A stretch of DNA of 64,000 nt from Schizochytrium sp. TIO01 (lineage: Eukaryota; Protista; Bigyra: Labyrinthulomycetes): the NCBI GenBank assembly GCA_004764695.1, contig SMSO01000033.1:2728001-2792000 (forward strand), written 5' to 3'. Position 1 is the stretch's first letter. The number at the start of each line of letters is the position of its first letter. Positions 1-16,422 of this stretch are shown here, piece after piece. A program made the translations under genes and the position numbers. The notes under the pieces are model-generated. The model was not told the origin of the DNA. It made no database searches and saw nothing but the letters and a program-made list of their open reading frames with translations.

Positions 1-29
1 GCTGGAGACAAGCTGATTCGATAAGAACG

Positions 30-723
30 TAGCTGTCCCTGCGGTTGTATCCGTTCTGAGTATCGCAGTGCAAAGTCGAGGTTCTTGGGCTCTCCTACAA
101 GGTCTTAAAGCTCGGCGGTTATTTCTTCAACCATCGCTGCTTTTGATGAAAAAACTTTGATTGCATGTACGCAAACTATACAGACGAGAACGGGAACCTA
201 GGGAAAGTTTGATCTCGCACGAGATTTCGAAGCGTTGTGCAATCCAAGAGTCTTTGCCGCGGCAGTTTACATTTGATAGAACGCGGTTCTTGAGGTTAAC
301 TTAGATCTATCGAAAGACGCAATTCTGCTTAACTCAAACCTCTCCCCATCACTCATAAAGATCTCGTCCTAACCCAATGCAGTTTCGGTTCTGTTTTGCC
401 GATTGGTGCCAAATCAACGCTAGGTACAGTGTCGAGGTCGACGAACTCTTAGCTGTCATTTAAGCTTCCGAAATGAGCTTGTGATCAGCGTCAGCTAGCA
501 TATCATGTTATTCACCTTGCTTTCTTTCATTCTCGTTTGCACAGATATAAATCACACCAGAGAAGGCTTCACCAATGTTGCGCGGTATTCCCATTTATCT
601 ATCGAAGACCTCTTGCCAGTCATCCAGCGTCTTGGCGGCGGTATGCATATGCTTGCCTTTGTAGGTGGCGAGGTACTCCAAGGTTATGCGTTGAGCGTAC
701 TGTCGGCTATCCAGCTTGTATAG
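30..723 (+). mobile_element. Decayed CRE-like non-LTR retrotransposon relic (RT N-terminal half)
   Basis: In order: LKPLPI (~325), LVPNQ (403), LVCTDI...GFTNVAR (532-585), LLPVIQRL, VLQGYALS (673-696), resembling RPIA / P.Q.GV / D..NAFN..R / QGDPL. Confidence 0.5.
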
Positions 724-1029
724 GCGCTATAACCCACTTGTCGGCCTATACTGTACTTTACACGGTTCTATACTTCACTTGTGGGGGCGCTATAACCGAC
801 TTTGGGCCAAAACATCGTTAGGTAGGTAGCGCGGCGTGCGTTGCAGAGGTTTGTGTGAAACGGTTATCCGAGTTTTTGGGATGCAATATGTATTCTGTAC
901 CTAGAGAGGAGAATAAGCGATGTTATTGTAAATCGATCTGGACGAAGGAAGAGGTTGAGGCCGTGCAGCAGAACTGGAACTGGGCACGCAAAAGCCGCTT
1001 GAGAAAGTTGGGCGTAGGACAAGAAGAGG

Positions 1030-2397
1030 ATGTTGGCGGAGAACATGGATGCGACGGAGCTGAGCGTGGCGCTGGCGACCTGCGGCGCGGTTCTGGCGGT
1101 GGTGCAGCTGGCGGTGCACTCGGTTCAAACAAAAAGGTCGTGGAAGGGACACCTCGACAAAGCTAAGGTCAAACTGCAAGAGATCCTTGCTGAAGAGGCC
1201 CAAGGCAGTGGAGATTCGGAGTCTCAGGAGCAAGAACTTACGGGCGAGGTCCTCGAAAAGAGCAAAGTGCTGTCTGAAGACAGCGAGGAAATCGCAGCGG
1301 AATTAGAACAAGAAAATGCCCTTCAAGACAGAGAGGAGGTTGAGGAGGAAGAGAAGGAGCCGACCATTGCAATCACAGAGGAGGCCTCTTCAAAGGACGT
1401 CTTGAATGATCAAGATCAGGATGAAAAGGAGGCCTCTGAGGACGAAGAAGAGATCATCGAGGAATCCAACGATTCCAAGGAAGAAATTGCTCTTGACGAC
1501 AACGAGATAGTACCTGAGACTGCCCAGAGCACAGGCCTGGTAAACGAGGACATCGAAGAGAATGGCGACGATCTTGAGAACGATTCCGAAAAGCATAGCG
1601 ACACTGAAGGCGTCGAAGAGGTCCAGGAAGAGGTTGTTCAAGCAGAGGTCCAGGAAGAGGTTGTTCAAGCAGAGGTCCAGGAAGAGGTTGTTCAAGCAGA
1701 GGTCCAGGAAGAGGTTGTTCAAACAGAGGTCCAGGAAGAGGTCCAAGAAAAGGTCCAGGAAGAGGTCCAAGAAGAGGTCCAGAAAGAGGTCCAAGAAGAG
1801 GTCCAGGAAGAGGTCCAGGAAGAGGTTCAAGAAAAGGTCCAGGAAGAGGTCCAAGAAGAGGTCCAAGAAGAGGTGAAGGCTACTGAGGATGTTGAAGAGC
1901 ACGAGGAAGAACTTGTAGATGGCGCTGAGAGTGTTGCAAAGTCTCACGAGACCTTGACAAATGCCATAGAGCTAGACGATGAGGCCAGTAAAACTGATCG
2001 TAATTCCTTTTCAGGGGACGAGGAAGAGCTCGAAGAGTCATCTCCACGAACACCAGAGCCCGCACCAACACCAGCGCGGCGATCGAGGCAATCCAAAGTA
2101 GCTGCCTCGACAGCACGTAAATCTACCAAGGCCCCACCGACAACAGCGCGACGAGCGAACCGGAGGAAAACCACTTCGGTCATTGACATGTCGGTGGAAG
2201 AGCAAGAGGAAGACGGCAACGAAGAGAACATGCCCCTGCAGTCTAACCTTATGTCTGAGAGAGATTCCGTGTCGCAGCTTGGCAACAGCAAGAAGAAGTT
2301 TTCTCTTGACTCCAATGAAAGCGTTTCTTCAATGGCATCTTCTCGCCGATCGACTCGCACGCGTCGTGCTCCTGACGCTTATCAACCTGCCTGGTGA
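1030..2397 (+). CDS. Acidic Glu-rich low-complexity protein with N-terminal hydrophobic anchor, VQEE repeats and basic C-terminal tail
   Basis: 455-aa ORF (ATG at 1030 or 1045); hydrophobic segment LSVALATCGAVLAVVQLAV; long Glu-rich region; coding-like GAG/GAA usage. Confidence 0.8.
   Translation: MLAENMDATELSVALATCGAVLAVVQLAVHSVQTKRSWKGHLDKAKVKLQEILAEEAQGSGDSESQEQELTGEVLEKSKVLSEDSEEIAAELEQENALQDREEVEEEEKEPTIAITEEASSKDVLNDQDQDEKEASEDEEEIIEESNDSKEEIALDDNEIVPETAQSTGLVNEDIEENGDDLENDSEKHSDTEGVEEVQEEVVQAEVQEEVVQAEVQEEVVQAEVQEEVVQTEVQEEVQEKVQEEVQEEVQKEVQEEVQEEVQEEVQEKVQEEVQEEVQEEVKATEDVEEHEEELVDGAESVAKSHETLTNAIELDDEASKTDRNSFSGDEEELEESSPRTPEPAPTPARRSRQSKVAASTARKSTKAPPTTARRANRRKTTSVIDMSVEEQEEDGNEENMPLQSNLMSERDSVSQLGNSKKKFSLDSNESVSSMASSRRSTRTRRAPDAYQPAW
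1612..1875 (+). repeat. Coding tandem repeat: 27-bp units (EVQEEVVQA) followed by 12-bp units (VQEE)
   Basis: gaggtccaggaagaggttgttcaagca x~4, then gtcca[ag]gaagag-type units. Confidence 0.9.
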
Positions 2398-2469
2398 TTG
2401 AGTGAGTGAGTGTGTGACTACATCCGCTCCTTGCCCACTTGCTTGATTGATATGCATGAAAGATTGAAA

Positions 2470-3040
2470 CCATGATGCTGCGTGGCTGTCATCATTACCA
2501 TTTGCCCGTTCCTCTAGTAGACTCTCTTTCCCATCTGTTTTTAAAATCTCAACATCACACCCGTTCATTTTACCACGATCACTGGTTGTTCATTCATAGC
2601 GCTCGCCGACTCTTTCACAAACAAATATACCGATGCACGGAGTCTCTTTTCATCTCCCAATCTCCATCTGCTGGCCTAACGAGTCGTTTGGCGGTGTATT
2701 GCATGCTGCCGTTGCATTTGTAATCCAGGTTGAAACTGTAAAGAGTCTCTCTTTAGTATGTACTTGCCATGGATGTCAAAACGTGGCGCATTCAACATGA
2801 TACGACAAGGCGTGATTTTATGCTAAGGCAGATAAGCCTGCTGCATTCGCTGGAATGTAGCTCGATACTTTTAGTCAGATTTGGTAGTTGATGTATTGAC
2901 GTGGTTGACAAAACACTGGACAGGGAAGAATGGGTCCCTTCCGCTTCCATGGCATAACAGACATTCTACCAAATATCGCTGTAAAGAATGCTAACGAGGT
3001 ACTACTCCACTCTCTCGATCATGCGAGCTAATAATCATAT
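2470..3040 (+). mobile_element. Decayed CRE-like relic (post-RT region and REL endonuclease)
   Basis: DAAWLSSLP (2474-2500), YHD (~2571), AMDV (2766), LDTFSQIW (~2861), LSIMRAN (3012). Confidence 0.45.
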
Positions 3041-3249
3041 TGAACAAGCAACGCATATGATCTCTGCTCTGCCGCTTTTATTACAATTTATAAAACACAG
3101 AAAGACGAAGAAAATTGAATTTATATCAAGATCAACAGAATCACACCCATCTTTACCAATTGATTCATCATATCGAATAGGAGATGATACCTTCATTGAA
3201 AGAAGACATCTCACATCAAACGATGTTGAGCCAAACTTGAATATGTAAA

Positions 3250-5260
3250 ATCACTTTCGAGCCTAACAATACACCCAGATGAGGTCCATCATGCACTGGT
3301 GGATAATCATGAGCTGAATTCCACAACAATATCAACTTACCATTGCTTGCCAAGAGCGTAAACAACAACCAGGGTAACATGGACGGAAATGAGGCGGGCT
3401 TGAGCACTTCATTCACAGTTACCACTAACAACGGCGTACTTGAAGACAAACAGCATACTTACAACTCAGGTCTAATATTACATATTTATCAAGTCGTGTG
3501 GAGATGCTCAAACATTGAGGGTAATTTTTGTGTGACAACTGCAAGAAAGAAGAAATTTAAAAAGTACCTATCGCACAGGTTAAAAGTTATCATCTACTAC
3601 TTGACAAGAAAAAGAACAAATCATCTTTCAATGAGTCATACTGTTCCGTAAGAAACGTCTTTTGCCGGATCAATCAAACAATCCAAGGACATGACGAGTA
3701 CGGACCCAGTAATTTGGCTCTTTGAAAGCAGGGGTGATGCGGCTGCGACGAGGACGATGGCCCTCCTCTAATAGGAAATGTTCAAACGATGGTGACGTTC
3801 AATGCAGCACGGGGAATCGCGGCTCCGAGCGCTCTCCAGCTTTAAAAGAATTCTTCTTTACTCATGAGGTCATCAGGTTCAATCTCAATTTTTATTTTTT
3901 GGAGAAAGGAAATTGCCGTGTTCATGAGGTATTGAAAAAAGAAAATTCATAAGCTGTGAGCTGAGCGGAGGGAGCCATGTGCATTGCGGAGGCGCATATA
4001 AAAAAGATTGTCATCATCATCATCATCATGGTACTCGCCGGGGCGACATCACTAAAAATTGGACAGCAGAAACAGTTTTCGGGGAAATTGGAGAAGGGGC
4101 AGCAGCAGCGGCAAGGCGACCAACCTGGACTAGCTGCAGGAGCAGACAGAGAGAGAGAGGGAGTGCTCAATCCCACCGGGTCTGCCGGAAATTCGAGGGG
4201 GTTCACCACCCACCGTTTGCACAAAGAGCTTCTATTTTCACTACTAGCGCGGCCACTTGCGAAGAAGAGGCGATCTACACTGGACCCCAGACGATACGCG
4301 GGCGCAAAAAACCAACCCAAGTAGTCCAACCGCGGCGGCTCATCGCTTTCTCTGATTTTTTTTATTCAATGCCAGTGACACATCATCTTGAACGATGCGG
4401 GCGTTGTGTCTCTTTTCCCCCATATTTAATTTTGTGTATAAATGGTTGGATTGAAAGAGGGCACGCAAAGCTCGATAAATGATGGGCATTTGATTGATTG
4501 ATTGATTGTAAGAGAAAGCGACGGCACGGCCATTTGGTTGATTCCATTTGAGTGACGGAGGAGCAAGGGTGGTTATAATTTTACGCGCGGGCGTGTGACG
4601 GCAGTCCTTTTTGGTGACTTCTATTCATTCGTCTATCATCCTGTGAATATGTGTGATGGGATGAAAGAACAGAAGAGCGTGATATTAAGGGCGTAGACCC
4701 AAGCGGGCTGAAGAAGCATCTCCTCCTCATTGAAGAGTGAAGACGCTGCTGCAGAGGCGCGCGTTAGTGCCCCGAGTCGAGCGAATGAGTGTACATACAT
4801 GCATTTATGTACGACATTCTGCCTCGGTAAAAAGATAAAACGGGGCGAAGTGAGAATGAAGCTGCGAGTGTGAGGCGGGCGTAGCCGTCATTGACGACTA
4901 TGGTATTAAAACGAAAAGATTTGGAAAATCCGGGCAGATCTGGCATTAAATAGGAGAGAGCAAGCTCGGCTAGGCTCGCCCTCACCTCAACTCTGCCGGT
5001 TCGAGAGTTACTTGAGGAATGCATCGATCGGGTTATTATTTATCGCTGGAGTGCCGCGTTCGCATATCAATCTCCGCCGAGCATTTGTTCATTCTTTATA
5101 CATCCGTTTTCTCTGAGTGAAAGACGGGGATGCATGGAATGAAATGCCAATTGACAGAATTGCGAGTGCGGCAGGCAGCCGAGCGTTGGGGGACCACCGA
5201 TGGATGTTTTCCCAAGCCAGTAAGTTGGGTTGGTTGGTATGCAGGCATTTAGTTCGCGAG
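3250..5260 (+). mobile_element. Decayed CRE-like relic (pre-RT region to end of RT)
   Basis: LSSLTIHP (to 3277), GNEAGL (~3385), VQCSTGNRGSE (~3800), RQGDQPG (4109-4129), PSGLK (~4700), WMFSQASKLG (~5200). Confidence 0.45.
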
Positions 5261-5343
5261 CAGGCAGGTCGTCTTGCTTTTTGTTGCTGAGTCGCATCTC
5301 AATTTGGGCAACTCAATCAACAATCGACAACCAACCTGGTCGC

Positions 5344-6360
5344 TTACGGGAGCACGTTCTCGAGAAGATCACGTGTACGCTCAACGCCCCAGAAGAGCGC
5401 CGCGTTGGAAGGAAAGGCGCGGACGAAGGTGGCCATGAGTCCTCTGTAGAAGCCTCTGAGACCCTCAGAACGCAGAATCATCGAGGCAGTCTCGCTCATG
5501 TTGAGCTTGGTACCGGAGAAGAGCTGCTGCTGAGTCTTGATGGCATCTGCAGGAAGCGCTACAAGCCAGAATGCGACACCACCAAGTCCTCCGGCAGTGA
5601 GTACCTGGGCATCCGGGGAAGTCATGACCTTGTTGCCCTCGAGTGCCTTGCGGGCAAACTCGTAGACACCAAAAAAGGCAATGTTTCCGGGCACTTCGCG
5701 GGCAATGGTGGCGTTCATACCGTGGAAGAGGCCACGAACACCCTCACGACGCACAACAGAAGCAGCGCAGTGCATGGCAGAAGGACCTTCTCCGGCCTGC
5801 ACGCGGACCTTGACGAGCTCGATGGGGCAGAGGATGGCACTGGCAACGATAGCAGCGATGGAGCCTGCGAAGGCACCCTTGGAGAGGGAAGCTGTCGCGT
5901 CGGAGAGCTGTCTGTCGCCGAGGACTCTGTCAAAGACGGCATCAGTGGTCTTGAGGATCTGCGCGTAGCTCATGAAGAGCACAGCGTTCTCGAGGGAGTT
6001 GGCAAGGACCGCAGGGCCAGAGCCTGCGTAGAGGCCGTTCCACACGCCACGGGTGCGCACAAGAGACACAAGGCAGCCGAGGGTAGACGTGGGAGCAGCA
6101 GAGTAGCGGACCTGAGTCGTGGACTGGGCCTGCATGAGAACCTTGGCGGTGTCAAAGGGGTGGCCTACAGCAACGCAGCAGAGACCACCGATAGTACCGG
6201 CGCTAAGGTCTACAAAGACGGGCTTGAACTGAGTGAGGGCAGCACCAAGCCAGCGGCTGGCCGCGGGGGCGTGGTCCACCGCCGCCGCGGCATCGCGCAC
6301 GACGATGTCCGAGGAGCTGCCAGAAGCAGTCGCAGAGGTTGGGCTCGAGAGCACAGTCAT
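5344..6360 (-). CDS. Mitochondrial carrier protein (SLC25; ornithine/carnitine/basic amino acid carrier-like)
   Basis: Three Px[D/E]xxK signatures (HPFDTAKV, CPIELVKV, LPADAIKT) with GLYAG / GLFHG / GFYRG motifs; 338 aa. Confidence 0.95.
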   Translation of the reverse strand: MTVLSSPTSATASGSSSDIVVRDAAAAVDHAPAASRWLGAALTQFKPVFVDLSAGTIGGLCCVAVGHPFDTAKVLMQAQSTTQVRYSAAPTSTLGCLVSLVRTRGVWNGLYAGSGPAVLANSLENAVLFMSYAQILKTTDAVFDRVLGDRQLSDATASLSKGAFAGSIAAIVASAILCPIELVKVRVQAGEGPSAMHCAASVVRREGVRGLFHGMNATIAREVPGNIAFFGVYEFARKALEGNKVMTSPDAQVLTAGGLGGVAFWLVALPADAIKTQQQLFSGTKLNMSETASMILRSEGLRGFYRGLMATFVRAFPSNAALFWGVERTRDLLENVLP

Positions 6361-6889
6361 ACCTACCGCTCGATGGAGCGGAGCGGGATACTTAGCGGGC
6401 GAACCCGGTCCTGTCGACGGTCAGAAGAGGAGGAGTGCCGAAGCTGCTAAAGGAAGACGCTAAGAAGGCGCGGAGGACGCGAGTAAGTTGCGGCGGGAGC
6501 GAGTGGAAGGTTTGAGGTTTTGGTTTTGCTTTGCCTTGGCAAACCAAAACCAATCTCTTTCTGTTGTGCTTTGCCTGCTTTTAATAGTGCTTTTGGTATG
6601 AACAAACTTTTTAAATCTGTTCTTGCGCTTTTGAATTTTTGAATTCTTCTTATAAAACACTGCTAAAACAGAAGAGGTGAAAGGGAGGTTTATTTTTTAT
6701 TTTTATTTTTATTTTCAAAATTTCAAATATATTTCATCGACTTTATCTTTAAAGTTCATCAAAAAAGCGTTTAAAAACAACAAACATTACCTTTTGTTTA
6801 GTCTAAAACAAATAACAACTTGAGAAGAAAATAAAATGAAAAAATACTAAAATAAATCATGGCAAAAGCTGCATTTTTCGCTAGCAGGA

Positions 6890-9800
6890 ACGAATGTGCG
6901 TGCTCGTGATGGTGGTGTCTCGAAGGAGGAGACTGCTCGAAGAAGAAAGGACACGACTCAATTATCTCTGCGCTGCCTTTGCGTATATGTGCAGCCTCTC
7001 CCTATATATATATATGCGTGTGTGCCGTTTGCACGCATAGACACCGCTTTCGATGTTTCAATTCACTCGATTTCGTTCGCATGATTGCCCGAATGGCTTT
7101 TTTATCCAATGGGTTTGGGAAACATTCTCTTTCAATGTGCTTTGTTGTGCTATTGTGAATCATGTTAACATTTTGATTTAAAATTAAAAAGGCATTCTGC
7201 ATATATGTAATGTTTTTAAACATCAAAAAAGCTATAAATGAGCGTGAAAGCAAAGCGATGCATGAAAAGGCAGGACAGAGACAACCTACGAAGGAGACAG
7301 AGACAGCCATAAAGAGCTCAGCATGTGCCGCTTCTTCATAAGCTGCGAGGCGACCGGCGTCGTGAGCGAGAGGGAGAGCTAAAAGGGCGTACAGGCCGTG
7401 CAGAAGAAGCACCACCTGCAGCACCTGAGCTTGGCTGCCGCCACGTTTGTGTCTGCATTTCCAGTTTCTTGGGGGGACCTCTAAAAAGCTGAGGAAACAG
7501 TGAGACTCAAATTGATCATTGGAAAAAGAGCAGGACCCATATTAACAGGGGATATAAATTATTCCAGCAAGGCCCGTGGCGGCGAAGTCCCAGCTCAATA
7601 TGGACTCTTTATTAGCAGGAGAAGGACGATTGAAAAATGCTTATTTCTTAATTGAAGTAATAAAATAAAATAAAAATATATGTTTTCATCGTCGTGAGTA
7701 TATATGGATAATTAAAACACTAAAATAAAAAAACAATCGAATAGAGTTGACTCAGCAATAAATGAGCGTCGAGAGCGATAAATGGATGTGGGTCGTTGAG
7801 TTTCTCTGCATGATAATAATACTGCCTGCTTTGAAGGTCAGTCAGTCAATCTCGCCTCCTACTCATGATACGTGTTACCTCCTACCTCCATAATGCTCTT
7901 TCGTACCTCGCTTGCGAGTTATGAACCCAACTCAGTCAGCTCAATCAATCAATCAGAAAAGTGCAATCTATTTTTCTAAGCGCCCTCTCGAATACTTTCA
8001 CACAATATATATGTACACAATAACTTGGCAAAATAAACAGTAAATTAAAACAAAACAAAACAACAGCACAACAGCACAAACAAACAAACAAACAAACAAA
8101 CAAACAAACAAACAAAAAGCGCGGCACATATACATAAATACACACGGACTGAGAGAGAGAGAGTCGAGACAGCGGCTCTGCTCTGCTCGGAGAGCGTTTC
8201 TTGCGTTGCCCTCGATCTCTACAGAGTCCAAGGTTGCCAACTTGCTACTGTCCACTTCGGCTGCTGCACAGGTTGGAGCACAGCGTATCTCTGGAGGAGC
8301 GAGATCGATGATCTTCGTGCAAATTCGAGATCGAGGTGAGCTTACTTGACACGGAGAGATAGATTGGTGGATAAGGGAGGAATGAATGAAGCCAAGGTCT
8401 AAAATCCTTCTCACTCTACTAGGCAGCCATTGGGTTGAAATGAGCTTCACGCAGTGTTGAAGACGAGGAGAAATGCGTCGAGCGAAACGCAATTGGTTGG
8501 GGAGTTATGCGCCAAGATTTTTGGCGTACGCAAGTTTTCATGGCGCTGTTGTTGTTGTTTCCCAGGCTGATGTGATACCCCCATTCCAAGGCATGAGAGA
8601 AACTCGAGAGGGATTTCAGGTTTTCTCTAAGAAGATAGACAATCAAACAGATAAATATATACATATATATAAATAAATAAATAAATAAATAAATGAATAA
8701 ATACATGAATGAATGAATACGAAGCAGAGCATGCCAATCTAATGTTCGTCCTGCGGCATTTTCTATTTTATTGCTGATTTATTAACTTCACCTTTAATAC
8801 ATATCTTCTAGCGCAAAGTGCCTCTATTTATAATACCTCGGAAAAAAGAAAGAGAGAGAGAGAGAGAGAAAGAAAGAAAGAAATCGCGAGAACACTTTTC
8901 ACAAACACAATTAAACACCACTGATGAGGCGTGGCTCGCCAATTAGGCGTAAGCAGCGGGCCCTTCTCCCTTTTCAAGAGCTCACGCGCTCCTTTTCGCA
9001 CATCGCTGCCCGTATTTGCCACATCCAGAACACAGCACCACCGCCAACAGCAGCCGCAAGAACAGCGAGAACAGCAAGAACAGCTATAAGTTGTGCTACA
9101 CCAGATATACGGCGTGAAAACGAAAAGCAGGTACAGCTAGTACCTACCTACCTACCTGACTAGGCATGGATGGATCGATCACGAGGCTCAAAGAGAGAGA
9201 AAGAGAGCGGATGGAATGGAAAGCCATTCATCGAGATGCGCAGGTCCCGTATTCTTCGCACGGGCGCCGGTGTGGAATTAAAGCTTGTCGGCGGAGCTGC
9301 TAGCGGGGTAGTAGAGACTATTAAGACGAGGGGACAGAAAGAAAGCCAATCTTTCGAACAGTCAAAAGAAAGAGCTGACCTGACTATATATTGTGAAAGC
9401 TGATCATCATAGTTCAATTGGATGATGAGATGAGCCTCTTCGCCTATTTATTTCTTTCTTTGTTTATTTATTTGATTGTTTGATTGTTTGATTATTTATT
9501 AGTTTGGTTTGGTTTGGTTTGTCTTACTTCTCTTTTCCTGATAAGTCCTGAAGAGTGAGAGTCACCATCATCATGGCGCGGTAACTGATGATAATGGCGA
9601 AAGGGCTTTCAGGGGAGGTTTGAATAGGCGAAGAAATATGGCGTTGGTGTTTGTTTCCCTCTTCTATATAAAAACAAGTTCTGCTTTCTTGAAAATGGCA
9701 GGCCTTTCGATTTGTTATTCTTTTTCTTTCCTCACTGAGTTTAGCACTAAAAACGCAATGAAAACTTTGAAGGGAGGCGTTGAGCGAATGGACTGACTGC

Positions 9801-10990
9801 GAGGAGGCAGAGAAAAGACGCACAGCGCTCGCTTTCTTTCTCTCTTTCTCTCTCCTTTCACGCGCGTGTGTCTGTCACCTTCTTTGGAGGCTGGTCTTCG
9901 GCTGCCTTAGCCTCGTCTTCCCACGCTCTCTGAGCATCGCGGCGGCAGCCTCGCAATCGTTTGCAACGATCAGATTGGCCTCCTCATGGCTATAACGACC
10001 CGAAATGGCCAAAGCTGCACGTATATGAATATATATATATCACAGTTCGATGATGTCTATCTATGTTTGGTTCTTGATTCTCTGCGCAAAGCAGCGCAAC
10101 TGTGCTTTTTATTTATTAGCAAAACATGACGAAGAAGAGCATTTGAACTCTATCTATTCTGTTCTCTCTCGTTCAATAAAGGTTTTTAAATGATTTTTGT
10201 TTTAAAATTAAAGTAATTGAAATTAAATCATTGCCTATAAATTAAACAGTATCATTGCAGAGAAAGAAAAAAAAGTCGGGACTGGATCTCGACAAGGAGG
10301 GAGGGAGGGCGAAAGAGAAGCCGCTCAGCGAGTGGCGGAGAAGCGTTGCGCAGTTCTCGCTCGCTGCTTTGGCCGACTCGCTCTCCAGCGAGCCTTATCA
10401 GGGGGTGGCGGCGTGCATGCACACCCTGGCCAGCTAGATAATTAATCAGATAGTACACGGCGATACTCACTCGAAACACGATGCCTTTGATCGACCAATC
10501 GCCGCGAGTCCTGAATGCGGCGCATGCATCAAACTATTATCTATCTTTCTTTTCTCTTCAGAAAAGAGGCTTAGAAAGGGAAACAACTTTTTTTTTTTCT
10601 TTTTTTTCCTGTTTACATTAAAAAAAATAGAGCAATAGTATTTAACTTTATATTTAATTTTAGTTTTTAAAAAAATGTTATGATGGAGAATGGTAAAAAA
10701 GGCGCCTCTTTCATTTATTAGACGGTTCGATTTTAAGGTCGTTTGAATACATTTTCTAGCGAAAACAATTAATCAACTGTAGTGGAAGTGCCATCAAGTA
10801 CAGCCTGGTTCCAATAGAAGTATATGGAGCATCGTGTGGCTCTGAAGGCCTGAGAAACGAGCAAAGCAGTGCGTTGAAAACCACAAAAATAGACTCGTGG
10901 ACCACAGGCTGCTGCCTCAAAGGCCGTGTGTTAGCGATGAAAGTCGATCAGATGCCGCACTTTGCAGGCCCCTGTGCTGGTTGGCTTCGG
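6890..10990 (+). mobile_element. Decayed CRE-like element, array copy A
   Basis: IDTAFD (7037), S*KGVQ (~7380), AAQVG (~8265), GLK...LGS (8395-8430), TQVFMALLLLFPRL (8528), MAR*L (~9574), SLVPIEVYGA (10802); split by microsatellites and AT-rich tracts. Confidence 0.5.
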
Positions 10991-11479
10991 CTTTTTGGCG
11001 CTTCACGGATGGGCTCTGTGACCTCCAAGGAAACAGACCACTGAGACCCGAGGATAAGGAACATAATAAGTAACCCCCCTTTTGGCATATAGTCTCACTC
11101 CCTATCTTGAAAGTGCTAAATATCAGGCACAGCAAATTGCTGCACATCAAAACCGATCGATTATCGCTGGCTGACGGAGAGATGTCCTGGGAAACCCGAG
11201 CCTGTGTATACTTTGGGCGTAAGCAACTGCGTGCACCATTATCGCACGAACTTGAATGTCACAGTGAATGATTGGATGTAAGCCATCTATCTATCTTGAA
11301 GATGGTTAATTGTTGTTCAACTCTTGAGCACATTTGGAAAAGAAATAAAACTATAGGTATGTTACTACTACCTAATCTAACTAACAAATTAGCCAACTAA
11401 CTAAGTTATGCTAAGCTATGATAAGTAAGTAAAACTAAGTAAAACTAAGTAAGAAGGTACCTCACTAACTAACTGATAC

Positions 11480-15470
<3,991 letters not shown>

Positions 15471-16371
15471 ATACTTATTTCTACTTTTTTGTTTTTCCTC
15501 CTTTTTCTTCTTCTGATCGATCGGTTTTAATTGCTTCACTTCATACGAAAGTAGACTCAACTCAACTCAACTCAACTCACTCACTCGTTTTGTGAACTAA
15601 CTTGATCCTGAACGAAAGAATACATAGCTTAGGTATACCTACTCCAGAGTACCTGCCTACTTTTGTCTAAATCTACGTATCCATCTATCTATCTATCAAC
15701 TTGATAAAAGGGTTTATTCAATGTGTGAATTATACGGGTATAGCCATTCATATTCACTCGAATTGAGCTCATTCACAGCCAATGCACTGCGAGCTCACGG
15801 CTTCGGTGGGCCGCGTACGTACGAGGCAAATGAAGAAGCGAGCGAGCTAGAGAAGGATCGATTGAGTGATTGATTGATTGATCGATCGATTGACTGAGTG
15901 AGTGAGTCATGAACTGAAAGCAACTGCGGACAGCCGTCCGTCCTCACTGGGAAAGAAAGCCCAGGACCACGCGAAGAACGCCGAAGGGGGACAAATGAAA
16001 GCAAGGATGAAGAATGCATTGATGTAACAATGAAGCACATTTTCGCAAACCAATGAAAGGAAAACAACCAACAATAAATCATCAGCATCAGCAGCAGCAG
16101 CAACAATAGCAACAACCACAACGACAACCACAACGACAGCAATAGCAGCAGCGAGAAGAACTTGTTGAACCCCTTTCTCTGAATGGACGGGTAGAGAAGA
16201 GAACGAAACAACGCGAAAGCGTCAAAAGAAGAACGCGAAGACAATGTCAGCTGCCGCTCGCGACTGTTGAATGGAGTAGTCGCATCATATGACACGATGA
16301 GCCAGCCTGAGTTTTGCTGAGGATTAATGTCCGCGGTATCCAGGACCGCAAAATTTGTGCGTAAATGAAAA

Positions 16372-16373
<2 letters not shown>

Positions 16374-16421
<48 letters not shown>
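16374..16421. repeat. (TGAT)n microsatellite, ~12 copies
   Basis: Perfect run; reverse complement of the ATCA array. Confidence 0.95.

Positions 16422-16422
<1 letters not shown>

Noticed and set aside
1562-1876. Protamine-like RSRK ORF (and DLFL ORF on the minus strand)
   Set aside because: Alternate-frame readings of the VQEE repeat
3977-4324. Small ORF with an apparent signal peptide
   Set aside because: The hydrophobic run comes from an (ATC)n microsatellite, and the rest matches an RT QGD-motif relic
5230-6450. 406-aa + strand ORF
   Set aside because: Antisense shadow of the codon-biased mitochondrial carrier gene
8921-8945. CTGATGA followed by a GGCG/CGCC stem (hammerhead ribozyme-like)
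   Set aside because: The required GAAA after stem II is absent
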